From NCBI GenBank assembly GCA_004562765.1, contig SFRL01000033.1, forward strand, positions 5,052 to 69,051: a DNA stretch of 64,000 nucleotides. Reading direction: 5' to 3'. How positions within the stretch are numbered: position 1 is the stretch's first letter; each line of letters begins with the position of its first letter. The notes beneath the pieces were generated by a model. The model was not told the DNA's origin, made no database searches, and saw only the letters and a list, made by a program, of their open reading frames with translations. Of this stretch, positions 9,755 through 20,800 are shown piece after piece. A program made the translations under genes and the position numbers. This DNA is from a bacterium. Its GTDB lineage: Bacteria; Bacillota; Clostridia; Lachnospirales; Lachnospiraceae.

Positions 9755-10909
9755 ATGAATCAGGTATTGTTGTGGGCTTTATGCGTTTTGGTTGCCGGGG
9801 TGTTGTTATTTGGTGTGAAGGTAGCAAAAAAAGGTGAGTGGCAGGAGGATTTCTTATCTCTTTCGACTTCAAAATCCCTGCTGGGTGTATTCGCAGTGTT
9901 GATCGTTTTGCATCATCTTGCGCAGCTGATGGGAAATCTGCAGATGAACCCGGGACCGCTCGCATATCTTGAATATGTGGGAGTTTGTTTTGTGGGAATG
10001 TTCTTTTTCTTTTCCGGCTATGGATTGATGTATAGCAAGAATAAACGTGAGGATTATTTCGATGGATTCTTAAGAAAACGTCTGACCAGCATTTTGGTGC
10101 CGTTTTATTTCTGCATTATTATCTTTGTTGCATTTTCACTTTTCATGCAGATGCCAATGCAGCCGATGGAGATCGTTGCATATCTGAGTGGCTGGTGGTT
10201 GCTCAATACACAGATGTGGTATGTTGTTGAAATTGCATTTTTATACCTTGCATTTTATGTGATTTTCCGCCTGGTGAAAAATGAAACTGCCGGTTTGTGG
10301 CTGATGGGAATTTTTATTACCGCCATGGTTGTCGCATCTATTCTGATCGGACATGGACCGGAGTGTGAGAGTGACAAATGGCTGCAGGGCGAGTGGTGGT
10401 TTAATACAACATATATGTTCCTGATCGGAATGATCTTTGCAAAACACGAGCAGAAACTGGTGGCATTTGCAAAGAAATATTATCCGGTACTGTTGGTTAT
10501 CAGTACTCTGGCGGCAGTAGGTCTTTCTTTCCCGGCAGTGAGCAGGGTACAGGCAGGTACATATTATTGTGAGTATGAGCCGGGCCTTTCATTGGCATCT
10601 GTTTTTGGAATCAAGTTGCTGACCCTGATTTTTCAGTTTGCAATGACATTTTTTACGATTGCAGCGATCCTGCTTGTCATGATGAAAGTAAAATGTCAGA
10701 ATGCAGTTATGAAGTCTCTCGGAAAAGTAGCGTTGGAGCTGTATCTGATCCATAATCTGTACCTGATCATGTTTGGATATATGGGAATCGGAGGCATCAC
10801 ACAACCGGGAATACTCACATTGGCGGTCGTAATCTGTACATTGGTGACTGCCTATGTGATCCATGTTCCGATCAGGCGGCTGGTAAGACTGATATCCGGC
10901 AATAAGTAG
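9755..10909 (+). CDS. Acyltransferase family 3 membrane protein (paralogue of the upstream gene)
   Basis: IVLHH, FFFFSGYGL, KRLTSILVPF, QMWYV, GEWWFNT, LELYLIH. Confidence 0.88.
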   Translation: MNQVLLWALCVLVAGVLLFGVKVAKKGEWQEDFLSLSTSKSLLGVFAVLIVLHHLAQLMGNLQMNPGPLAYLEYVGVCFVGMFFFFSGYGLMYSKNKREDYFDGFLRKRLTSILVPFYFCIIIFVAFSLFMQMPMQPMEIVAYLSGWWLLNTQMWYVVEIAFLYLAFYVIFRLVKNETAGLWLMGIFITAMVVASILIGHGPECESDKWLQGEWWFNTTYMFLIGMIFAKHEQKLVAFAKKYYPVLLVISTLAAVGLSFPAVSRVQAGTYYCEYEPGLSLASVFGIKLLTLIFQFAMTFFTIAAILLVMMKVKCQNAVMKSLGKVALELYLIHNLYLIMFGYMGIGGITQPGILTLAVVICTLVTAYVIHVPIRRLVRLISGNK

Positions 10910-10930
10910 AAAGTTTAAAGATCTCCTTTA

Positions 10931-11115
10931 GGAGCGGAAGGCAGCGCCGGCAGCAAAACCGGTGACAGCCGCGGTACATAGATCACAGGAGACGGCGGAT
11001 GAGTCACAGGAGGATGTGGCTCTGCAGGATTCCGTAGCAGAGGCAGAGGAACTGGAGCATATTTCAGAGCAGATAGGGCAGGATGTAACAGATATGATCG
11101 ATATGAAAAGAGAAG
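10931..11115 (+). repeat. Partial, internally shortened copy of the 5' part of the 3954-5099 gene
   Basis: 11043-11109 is identical to 4308-4374; the upstream part matches about 3998-4066 with substitutions; the equivalent of 4067-4264 is absent. Confidence 0.9.
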
Positions 11116-11134
11116 CGTATCCCGCTTCTCTTTC
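11105..11134. terminator. Intrinsic terminator, likely bidirectional
   Basis: GAAAAGAGAAGCG-tatcc-CGCTTCTCTTTC between convergent genes. Confidence 0.7.
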
Positions 11135-11158
11135 TTGTATTTATTCGTTCTTTATTCT

Positions 11159-12064
11159 TTACAATTTCAGTCCTGCGAGCAAACTTCCGAGACTTGTAGT
11201 CGCCTGTTCATCGGAGGTGTATTCGATGGCTTCGGCATTTTCTGCCTCCGTGTCCACCATTTCTTCCTGCAGAACCTTCATGGAGAGGCTGATCTTGTTA
11301 TCATTCGTATTTAAGATCTTTGCCTGTACTTTTTCGCCTTCTTTTAAGACCTCTCCGGGATGCTTGATACGTTTCTGACAGATCTGGGAGATGTGTACGA
11401 GTCCGCTTAAGCCATCACCGAGATTGATAAATGCGCCGTAAGGCATAAGGCTTTCGACGGTTCCTTCCACGACGGAGCCGGGCACAAGCATGGAAATCTT
11501 GTGATTGCGGGCCTCCTCCTGCTGCTTGCGGAGTACGACCTTTGCGGAGAGTACCAGCTTCTCCTTCTCCGGATCAACGGTGATGACGGCAACGTCGAGA
11601 TCCTTGCCGAGCCACGGGTTGCAGTCCTCCACATAATCGAGGCTTAACTGGCTGGCGGGGATAAAACCGCGGATGCCCTCCAGATATGCAACGACGCCGC
11701 TGGGAACGATTCCCTTGACGCGTACGGTATGAACGCTCTCGTCTTCCAGATAGCCTTTCAGTACATCCCATGCAAGCACGTTGTTTGCCTCTTTTTTGGA
11801 GAGAAGGATATTGCCCTGACCGTCGTCGGTGCGGATGACGGTTGCTTCTACGGTATCGCCCACCTGAACGGCTTCCTTCAGCATGCAGTCGGGATCATCG
11901 GAATAGTCTTCTGCTTTGATGATGCCCGGCGCATAATAGCGAAGATCCAGGGTCACCTCATCTTCGGTCACGGCGATGACGGTTCCGGTTACAATGTCGC
12001 CTACACCGATCTTGCGGAAGGAGGCATTGATTTCTGCTTCATAATCTTTCATTGATTCTGACAT
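11159..12064 (-). CDS. S1 RNA-binding domain protein (ribosomal protein S1-like, three S1 repeats)
   Basis: GDIVTGTV, RGFIPASQL, GTVESLMPYGAFI..GLVHISQI; RBS AAGGAG before MSESMKDY. Confidence 0.9.
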   Translation of the reverse strand: MSESMKDYEAEINASFRKIGVGDIVTGTVIAVTEDEVTLDLRYYAPGIIKAEDYSDDPDCMLKEAVQVGDTVEATVIRTDDGQGNILLSKKEANNVLAWDVLKGYLEDESVHTVRVKGIVPSGVVAYLEGIRGFIPASQLSLDYVEDCNPWLGKDLDVAVITVDPEKEKLVLSAKVVLRKQQEEARNHKISMLVPGSVVEGTVESLMPYGAFINLGDGLSGLVHISQICQKRIKHPGEVLKEGEKVQAKILNTNDNKISLSMKVLQEEMVDTEAENAEAIEYTSDEQATTSLGSLLAGLKL

Positions 12065-12164
12065 GATTTTTTCACTCCTTTGTCTGGTAAATGCTTTTTT
12101 GTATAATTTCTGATACATAGTATAACATATGACTGTTTCCATAGCAAGTTGGTAGGATTTAATC

Positions 12165-12192
12165 TTGACATTGGCAATAAAAGCGTTATAAT
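12165..12192 (+). promoter_or_regulatory. Sigma-A promoter of iscS-iscU
   Basis: TTGACA-16 bp-TATAAT. Confidence 0.7.
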
Positions 12193-12272
12193 GTTAGTGT
12201 TCAAAGTGAAATGGAGCTTTCACGCAGTTGCGGAGGGCTTCGAATAGATATTTACAGAAAGAGGCATATATC

Positions 12273-13451
12273 ATGAAATATATTTATTTAGACAATGCTG
12301 CGACGACCCGTGTTGCACCGGAGGTGTTGGAGGCGATGACACCTTACTTCACCGAATATTACGGCAATCCCTCCAGCATTTATTCTTTTGCGGGAAAAAG
12401 CAAGGATGCCATGGAAGAGGCGCGCGCGAAGATTGCAGGGATCCTCGGGGCGAAGCCGGAGGAGATCTACTTTACCGGTGGCGGCAGTGAGTCTGACAAC
12501 TGGGCACTCAAAGCGACCGCAGAGGCATACGCAAATAAGGGAAAGCATATCATCACCTCCACGATCGAGCATCATGCGATCCTGCATACCTGCGAATATC
12601 TGGAAAAGCATGGCTATGAGGTCACATATGTAGGCGTGGACGAGAACGGGATCATCCGTCTGGATGAGCTGGAGCAGGCGATCCGTCCGGATACGATCCT
12701 GATCTCTGTGATGGCAGCCAACAATGAGATCGGTTCCATCCAGCCCTTAAAGGAGATCGGAGAGATCGCCCGCAAACACGGTGTATTTTTCCACACCGAT
12801 GCGGTGCAGGCATTTGCACATATTCCACTCAATGTGGATGAGATGAATATTGACATGCTTTCCGCCAGCGGACATAAGATCAACGGACCGAAGGGTATCG
12901 GCATCATGTATATCAGAAAAGGAGTCAAGATCGGTTCCTTCATTCACGGTGGCGCACAGGAGCGTAAGCGCCGCGCAGGCACGCACAATGTGCCGGGAAT
13001 CATCGGTATGGCAAAGGCGGCCGAGATCGCTGACGCGAACATGGAGGAGCGCATGGCTTATGAGTGTAAGCTGCGCGACCATCTGATCGAGCGTGTGCTG
13101 GCAGAGATCCCTTACAGCCGCTTAAATGGTGACCGCACAAAACGTCTGCCGAATAATGCAAACTTCTGCTTCCGTTTTATTGAGGGTGAGTCCATGCTCA
13201 TCAAGCTGGATCAGAAGGGTATCTGCGGTTCCAGCGGAAGCGCCTGCACATCAGGCTCTTTGGATCCTTCCCATGTGCTGCTTGCGATCGGCCTGCCCCA
13301 CGAGATCGCTCATGGTTCCCTGCGTCTGACCATCTCACAGGAGACGACCATGGATGACATCGATTATACCGTGGACGAGCTGAAGAAGATCATTGAGCAG
13401 CTGCGTTCCATGTCACCTCTGTACGAGGATTTTGTAAAGAAACAGAAATAA
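12273..13451 (+). CDS. iscS: Cysteine desulfurase
   Basis: YLDNAATT, GNPSS, HTDAVQ, SGHKINGPKG, SSGSACTSGS. Confidence 0.96.
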   Translation: MKYIYLDNAATTRVAPEVLEAMTPYFTEYYGNPSSIYSFAGKSKDAMEEARAKIAGILGAKPEEIYFTGGGSESDNWALKATAEAYANKGKHIITSTIEHHAILHTCEYLEKHGYEVTYVGVDENGIIRLDELEQAIRPDTILISVMAANNEIGSIQPLKEIGEIARKHGVFFHTDAVQAFAHIPLNVDEMNIDMLSASGHKINGPKGIGIMYIRKGVKIGSFIHGGAQERKRRAGTHNVPGIIGMAKAAEIADANMEERMAYECKLRDHLIERVLAEIPYSRLNGDRTKRLPNNANFCFRFIEGESMLIKLDQKGICGSSGSACTSGSLDPSHVLLAIGLPHEIAHGSLRLTISQETTMDDIDYTVDELKKIIEQLRSMSPLYEDFVKKQK

Positions 13452-13482
13452 CACATTAAAAAATCAGAGAGGAAATAGAAGT

Positions 13483-13926
13483 ATGTACAGCGAAAAAGTA
13501 ATGGATCATTTTAATAATCCCCGCAACGTGGGCGAGATCGAAAACGCAAGCGGTGTGGGCACTGTCGGAAATGCCAAGTGCGGCGATATCATGCGCATGT
13601 ATCTGGACATTGATGACAACGGCATCATTCAGGACTGCAAGTTCAAGACCTTTGGCTGCGGCGCGGCAGTAGCGACCAGCAGTATGGCGACAGAGCTCGT
13701 AAAGGGAAAGACGGTTCAGGAGGCGCTTCAGGTGACAAACAAGGCCGTTATGGAGGCATTGGACGGACTGCCTCCCGTAAAGGTGCACTGTTCTCTTCTG
13801 GCAGAGGAAGCGATCCACGCAGCACTCTGGGATTATGCCGAGAAGCATAACATCAAGATCGAGGGACTGGAAAAGCCGGTCAACGATATCAGTGAGAAGG
13901 AAGAGGATGTCGAGGAAGATTATTGA
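13483..13926 (+). CDS. iscU: Fe-S cluster scaffold (IscU/NifU N-terminal type)
   Basis: YSEKVMDHF.NPRNVG, CGD, FKTFGCGAA, LPPVKVHCS. Confidence 0.95.
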   Translation: MYSEKVMDHFNNPRNVGEIENASGVGTVGNAKCGDIMRMYLDIDDNGIIQDCKFKTFGCGAAVATSSMATELVKGKTVQEALQVTNKAVMEALDGLPPVKVHCSLLAEEAIHAALWDYAEKHNIKIEGLEKPVNDISEKEEDVEEDY

Positions 13927-13987
13927 TCCTTAAAACAATGATAGTTTATTTGTAACTGTGAAGGTACTGAACAGTTACGTACATTTG

Positions 13988-14031
13988 GCTCCGGGAATTC
14001 ATAGTCAAACGTGATTCCCGGAGTTCTTTTA
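13988..14031 (+). terminator. Intrinsic terminator after iscU
   Basis: CTCCGGGAAT...ATTCCCGGAG followed by TTCTTTT. Confidence 0.65.
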
Positions 14032-14048
14032 TTATTGGGGAGTTGTAC

Positions 14049-15332
14049 ATGAAAATAAAGACAAAAGATAAAAGCTATGAGCAGGTCTTGGCTCTGCCGG
14101 AACAGCCGCACAAAAAGCCGGGACGATAGTCGGTGGTGATGCGGGCATTGATGAAATTTCTGGCAGGATTTGATCTGCGTGCGGCAGATTTTACGTTTGA
14201 AACGACCGGGATGGAAAGGCTGGATAAAACGGAGCCCTGTATGATCCTTATGAACCATTCCAGCTTTATCGATCTGGAGATCGCAGCGCATCTGCTGGCA
14301 GACAGGGAATACCATATCGTATGTACGCGGGACGGATTTGTGGGCAAAGAGCCGCTGATGCGTCTGATCGGATGTATTTCAGCGAAAAAATTCATCTATG
14401 ATATCCAACTGGTCAGGGATATGGCCTATACCCTGAAAGAGCTGAAGGCATCTGTTCTGATGTATCCGGAGGCAAGCTACAGTTTTGACGGAACCCAGAC
14501 ACCGCTTCCGGAGAGTCTGGCGAAATGTATGAAGCTGTTAAAAGTTCCGGTTGTGATGATCCGGACCAAAGGTGCTTTCCTGCGCGATCCCCTCTACAAC
14601 TGCTTGCAGAAGCGCCGGGTAAAGGTGAGTGCGCGCATGGAATATCTGCTTTCGCCAGAGGAGATCGAACAAAAATCGGTAAAGGAGATCGATGCTGTTT
14701 TGCGCGGAGCATTCAGTTACGATCACTTCAGGGAGCAGCAGGAAAAGCGGATCGAGGTGAAGGAACCTTTTCGTGCAGACGGTCTGCACCGGGTATTATA
14801 CCGCTGCCCGCATTGTGAGCGCGAGGGCAGTATGCAGGGCAAAGGCACACAGATCACCTGCGGTGAATGCGGGCATACATATGAACTGACAGAATATGGA
14901 TATCTGCGGGCGGTGTCAGGTGACAGCCGGTTTACGCATGTCCCGGACTGGTACCGGTGGGAGCGTGAATGTGTGCGCAGAGAACTGGAGCAAAATACTT
15001 ACGAACTGGATCTTGAAGTGAGTATCTATATGATCGTGGATACGAAATGTGTATACCGGGTCGGTGATGGGCGGCTGCGCCATTCGAGTGAGGGCTTTCA
15101 TCTCACCGGCTGCAACGGAATGCTGGACTACAGGCAGCTGCCGCAGGCATCCTACAGTCTTTACTCTGATTTTTACTGGTATGAGATCGGAGACATGATC
15201 AGTATCGGAAATGAGAAGGTGCAGTATTATTGCTTCCCGAAGAACAATGAAAATATTGTGGCAAAAGCGAGACTCGCTGCCGAGGAACTGTATAAGCTCA
15301 GAAAGAGACAGACAAAGTACGCAGATGAATGA
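14049..15332 (+). pseudogene. PlsC-like lysophospholipid acyltransferase with zinc-ribbon motifs, interrupted by an in-frame TAG at 14127-14129
   Basis: RBS GGGGAG and ATG 14049 give MKIKTKDKSYEQ...PGR*SVVMRAL, in frame with the 14133 ORF; NHSSFID (HxxxxD), YPEA, CPHC and CGEC. Confidence 0.7.
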
Positions 15333-15359
15333 AAGCTGAGCGCACAGTCATTTTATACG

Positions 15360-15389
15360 AAAAACAGCGTCAAAAGACGCTGTTTTTTT
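15360..15389 (+). terminator. Intrinsic terminator
   Basis: AAAAACAGCGTC-aaaa-GACGCTGTTTTTTT. Confidence 0.8.
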
Positions 15390-15395
15390 GTGTGT

Positions 15396-15411
15396 GGTTA
15401 TGCGTTTAACC
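15396..15411. promoter_or_regulatory. Candidate LacI-family operator
   Basis: GGTTATGCGTTTAACC, a CG-centred palindrome upstream of the LacI gene. Confidence 0.5.
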
Positions 15412-15516
15412 TATTGTGTTTTCAATGAAAAACGATTACCCTAAACATAGAACAGGAGAAACCATGGCAGCATGGTTCACAGGAGCATGATCATGAGAAC
15501 AGCAGGGGGAAAACAG

Positions 15517-16524
15517 ATGTCACAGCGGGTCAGGATCGTGGATATCGCAGAGGAACTGGGGCTGAGCACGGCTACCGTGTCCAACGTGATACATGGAAAG
15601 ACAAAGAAAATTTCAGACGAGACGGTGAAACGTGTGCAGGAGCTGATCGAAGAGCGCGGCTACATCCCGAGCATGGCAGGTATTTTATTGGCACAGAACA
15701 GTTCCGGGATCATCGGCGTTGTCGTCAATGACCATCAAAAATATGAGGGAAAAGTGCTGGAGGATGCCTTTATCGCTGCGGCGGTAAATGCCCTGTCAGC
15801 GGAGGTTGAAAAAGCGGGGATGTTTTTGATGATAAAGACGACGAGGGAGCGGGAAGAGATCCTGCGTTTTGCCTCGATGTGGAATATGGAGGGACTGGTG
15901 CTGATCGGCTTCTGCGAGGAGGACTATGCCAGACTTCGGGAAAAGATGCATATTCCCTTTGTGATCTACGAGGGTTTTTTCAGCGAGAATGAGCGGGTGA
16001 GCAATCTTCTGATCGATAACTTTGACGGCGGAAGACAGGTCGGGGAATACCTGAGAGAGATGGGACATGAGCGTGTGTTGTGTATCGCGGACAACGACAT
16101 CTGCATGGACGGTGAGCGGATGGCGGGCTGCCGGGCGGCGATGCCACAGGGAGCAGTGGATTTCCTCTGCGTGCCGATGGAGCGCGCCGGGCGTCTGCGG
16201 CTCTATGAGATAGAACTGGAACGGCTGCGGGGTTACACGGCTGTTTTCGCGGTCAGCGACGTATATGCCATCGAGCTATTGTATTTCCTGCAAGGGCACG
16301 GTATCCGTGTTCCGGAGGATATTTCAGTCGTAGGATTCGATAATATCAGCCAGAGTGCGCAGGTGTATCCGGGGCTGACCACAGTCGGGCAGGATGTGAG
16401 GGAGCGCGCGCGTCTTGCGCTTGCGGAGCTTGTGCGGTTGAAGGAAGACCCGGCAGGCGGCAGGGAGATCTTACTTCCGGTGCAGCTTGTGATCCGGGAG
16501 AGTGTCTGGAGGATAGAAAAATGA
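15517..16524 (+). CDS. LacI-family transcriptional regulator
   Basis: IVDIAEELGLSTATVSNVI HTH; VPEDISVVGFDN; LTTV. Confidence 0.93.
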   Translation: MSQRVRIVDIAEELGLSTATVSNVIHGKTKKISDETVKRVQELIEERGYIPSMAGILLAQNSSGIIGVVVNDHQKYEGKVLEDAFIAAAVNALSAEVEKAGMFLMIKTTREREEILRFASMWNMEGLVLIGFCEEDYARLREKMHIPFVIYEGFFSENERVSNLLIDNFDGGRQVGEYLREMGHERVLCIADNDICMDGERMAGCRAAMPQGAVDFLCVPMERAGRLRLYEIELERLRGYTAVFAVSDVYAIELLYFLQGHGIRVPEDISVVGFDNISQSAQVYPGLTTVGQDVRERARLALAELVRLKEDPAGGREILLPVQLVIRESVWRIEK

Positions 16525-17768
16525 AAGAAAACAGTTTTTATAAGAATTTGTGGAGCATTGCGCTTCCGGTAACCTTACAGTCATTGTTGCAGTCCTCTTT
16601 TAGTATGATCGATCAGGTCATGATCGGGCAGCTGGGGGAGGTCAGCATTGCGGGTATCGGTCTGGGAGGCAAATTTGCCTCCATGTACAGTGTGGTGCTG
16701 GGCGCGATCGCAGCGGCAGCGGGTATCATGATCGCACAGTATGTCGGGCAGGAAAACGATCGTGACCTGCAAAAGAGCTTTTGGGTCAATCTGCTGGCAG
16801 CGGTGCTTCTGGCAGCGGTATTTACCGTGCTCGGCGCATGTATGCCAATACAGCTCATGGGACTTTACACAAAGGAGGGCAGAGTATCTGCGCATCTATT
16901 CGGCGGCGTTTGTACCGATGGCAGGAATCTCCCTGCTGTCTGTGCTGCTCCGGTGTATGGATGCGGCAACACTTCCTCTTGTGGTGAGTTTTGCGGCGGT
17001 GGGCTGCAATACCGGACTGAATTATCTGCTGATCTTCGGCAAGTGCGGTTTCCCTGCGATGGGTGTAAAGGGCGCGGCGCTTGCGAGCATTGTCTCACAG
17101 ATAGCAGCATTGGTGCTTTTAGTTGTATTTTTCATCCGTGTGCTGAAGAAAAAAGGGCGCTCCCTGCACTTTGATATCGGTATGGACCGGGCACATGGCA
17201 TGCAGTATGCGGGTATTTTGCTGCCAATCCTTGTCTGTGAGTTTTTGTGGAGCCTCGGAGAGAATGTTTATGCAGGTATTTACGGGCATATGGGTACGGA
17301 TGCCTGTGCGGCGATGACGATGACAGGCTGCATACAGGGCCTTGTGATCGGTGCGCTCAGCGGCGTTTCGCAGGCGGCGGGTATCATGATCGGTAAGCAG
17401 CTGGGCAACGGTGATGAGGAAGGTGCATACAGGGATGCCAAACGCTTTATGGGCTGCGGTGTGATCGGATCGCTCCTGTTATCGGTGGCGCTGATCGTTC
17501 TGGCTCCGGCATATGTGCGCCGCCGGTGAAGGTACAGAACATGATCCTCGGAGGAGGGATCATCCGCAGCGGCGGAAAGACAAAGTATATCATGGCGGTT
17601 GACTTTATCGGAACATGGCTGTTTGGCGTGCCGCTTGGTCTGCTGGCGGCCTTTGTCTGGAAGCTGCCGATCCCGTGGGTGTATTTCATCCTGTCGCTGG
17701 AGGAAGTCGTACGGCTATTGATCTCAGTTGTCTTATTCCGGAAAAAAGTCTGGATGGAGCAGTTGTGA
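16521..17768 (+). pseudogene. MATE-family efflux transporter broken into three ORF pieces
   Basis: IALPVTLQ..DQVMIGQLG (16521), LNYLLIFG...MGVKGAALAS (16741 frame), GIIRSGGKT...GVPL (17526); frame breaks near 16878 and 17520. Confidence 0.85.
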
Positions 17769-17871
17769 GAAAATAGCAAAAACTAACCGTTTGGCTAGTT
17801 CCCTTTTTGAGAGTAGCTTGGTATAATAAAACTGATTACTCGGATCAATCGGCTTCAAGAGGGACATACAT

Positions 17872-20800
17872 ATGAAAAAACAAAAAAAGGATTTTTTGGT
17901 GGGTATCTTTGTCATAGGGTGCATTCTGCTGAACCTTGGCGGAAAATTGTTTGCACAGAGGTTTCAGCTTCCACTGTGGATGGATTCCTTTGGCACCGCG
18001 CTGGCGGCTTATACACTCGGTCCTGTATGTGGGGCGATCGTAGGAGTATCCGTGAACATCATCTATGGACTTCTGTATTCCTATACATATATGATCTATG
18101 GGCTGATCAGTATCGCCCTGGGTGTGCTTATAGGCATCTGTGCAAAAAAAGGGTATCTGGACTATGTATTCGGCGTGTTGTCCGTCAGCTTTTTTCTGAC
18201 GATATTGTCAGTGATGGCAGGCACGGTGTTAAATTACATATTCTTCGACGGAACCATTGGAAATGTGTGGGGTGACGGGATCCGTGAGTTCTTGTGCCAG
18301 CTGGGCTGGCAGCCGGTCTTGGGACATATCGTAGGCGAATTTTACATGGAATTTGCAGACAAAGTGGTCACGCTGTTTGTCGTGTATGTGGTCATGAAGC
18401 TCTGCAGGCGGATTAAAACAAAAAGAGAAGAAAACGAGGAACGAAGCTCGGTAAAGATCACGGTGCACATGCTGTTGTGCCTGATCAGTGCTTCTGTCTT
18501 TGTCTGTGAGCCTGTGCAGGCGGCTTCGGCACAGGCTGCTTTTGATGTCGCAGAAGATTATGGTGCTTATATTCAGACTGTTTATGACAGCGAAGCAGGT
18601 CTGCCCGGCGGAGTGGCAAACGACGTGGCGCAGACAAAGGACGGGGTGCTGTGGATCGGTACATACAGCGGTCTTTATCGTTACAGCGGCAGCGGTTTCC
18701 GTCTGATGGACGAGTTTGACAGTGTAAAAAATGTCAACTGTCTGTATATGGATGAGTCGGGCAGAATGTGGATCGGAACGAATGACAGTGGCTTGTCTAT
18801 CTGTATTAACGAACATATTTCCAATGTTGTCAACGAGGAGGGAGGATTGCCGTCAGATTCTGTGCGCTGTATTACGCAGAGTGCAGATGGCAGTTATTAT
18901 GTCGGAACGACGGACAGCATGGCGATCGTGGACATTTCAGGAGGTCTGACGGTTACCGGTACGCTGGATGAGATCGTATATGCAGACAGTGTGGCGGCGG
19001 ATGAGAGTGGAAATGTGGCGGCAGTTTCAAGTGATGGGACGCTCTTCATCATGCGCGATGACCGGATCGTCAACCGGTTTACCGCACAGGAGGGCAGCTA
19101 TACCTGCTGTGCCTTCGATGAGTCGGGCGTATTGTATGCCGGCACTTCGGATGGAAAGATCCTGCTGTTTCAGGTGACGGTTAATGGTCTGACCGGGATG
19201 GGCGAGATCAGTTGCGGCAGTCTGTACAATCTCAACTCCTTGAATTTTTCGGAGAACGGAGAACTGTTTATCTGTGCGGTAAATGGCATTGGGTACGTGG
19301 ATGTACAGCAGAATTGCCACATCCTCAATACGAACGGTTTTGATCGTTCGGTGGAGCATATGATCATTGACTATCAGGGAAACCTATGGTTCACATCTTC
19401 ACGACAAGGGTTGCTGCGTCTGTGTAAATCTGTATTTTCGGAAGTGACTGTGGATGGCGGGACAGAGCAGACTGTCGTCAATTCTGTTGTCAAGTGGAAG
19501 GACTGTCTGCTGGTCGGAACCGATAACGGACTGCTTGTTATGGACGAAAACAGCAGGGTACAGTTGCAAGACCCGCTCACAGACGAATTCAAGGGTATCC
19601 GGATCCGATGCCTCCGGGTGGATCAAAAAGATCATTTATGGATCTGTACCTACGGAAAAGGTGTCTGTGAAGTGGCGGAGACCGGTGAGATGCGCGCTTA
19701 TGACAGCAGTGTGGGAGCGCTTGGTGATAAATTCCGAACGGTGATCGAGACAACGGACGGAACCATACTCGCAGCGGGAGACATGGGCATCACATGTGTG
19801 AAAAACGGTAAGATCACGTGGACGATCGGATATGAGGATGGTCTGAAAAACGCGAAGATCCTCTGCCTTTTAGAACAGAAGGACGGAAGTATCCTCGCAG
19901 GAATGGATGGTGACGGAATCGCTGTCATCAGGGATGGAATGGTCACGGATACGATCCAGAAGGAGGACGGTCTCGGCTCGGAAGTCATTTTGCGTATGGT
20001 TGCGGAAAAGAACGGAAAAGGAATCTTTATTGTGACCAGTAACAGTATCTGTTATATGAATCAAAGCGGCAGCATCCGGGTTCTTAACAACTTCCCTTAT
20101 TACAACAATTATGACATTGTGGAGGGAGAAGCCGGCGAAGTATTCGTGCTGGGATCTGCCGGTATCTATGTGGTGGACAAAGAGGAACTGCTGAGCCGGA
20201 GGAACCTGGACTATGAACTTTTGAATGCCAGAAAAGGCCTGCAGAACAGTCTTACTCCGAACGCATGGAATTATGTGGATGAGGATAATAACCTGTATCT
20301 TTCCACCGATTCCGGAGTGGTCAGCATGAATTTAGATTATTATGATATCGCGACGCGATCTTATCGTATGCTGCTGAAATCCGTCCGCGTGGATGGTGTC
20401 AATTACACCGTAGAGCCGGGTAAACCGATCCGCCTTGCAAGAGGTGTCGGCCGTGTTGATTTTTCACCGGAGATCGTCAATTACTCCGTGAACAATCCGT
20501 ATGTGTGTGTCTGGCTGGAGGGCTTTGATGAGGAAGCAAAGGTTATGCTGCAGAGTGAGCTGACTGATATATCCTACACCAATCTGCTGGCGGGAGACTA
20601 TACCTTCCACCTGTCTGTTCTGGATAACAAGGGAAAAGGAACGATTGCGGAGAATACCTACAAGGTGGTCAAAGAAAAGGAGATCTATGATCACTGGTGG
20701 TTTCTGGTGTATGTCATCGCAGTATTCGCTCTGGCGATCATATACCTGACCTGGCTGCTGTTCCGTACACAGGTACGAAAGACGATGAACATGCAGAAGC

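Noticed and set aside
10962..11378. 138-aa plus-strand ORF
   Set aside because: Chimera of the duplicated fragment reading through a terminator into the antisense of the S1 gene.
12140..12162. Rrf2/IscR-type operator upstream of iscS
   Set aside because: Only weak dyad symmetry and no Rrf2 gene adjacent; cannot be supported.
14127..14129. Pyrrolysine or recoded TAG
   Set aside because: TAG ends several normal genes in this window and no pyl genes are visible.
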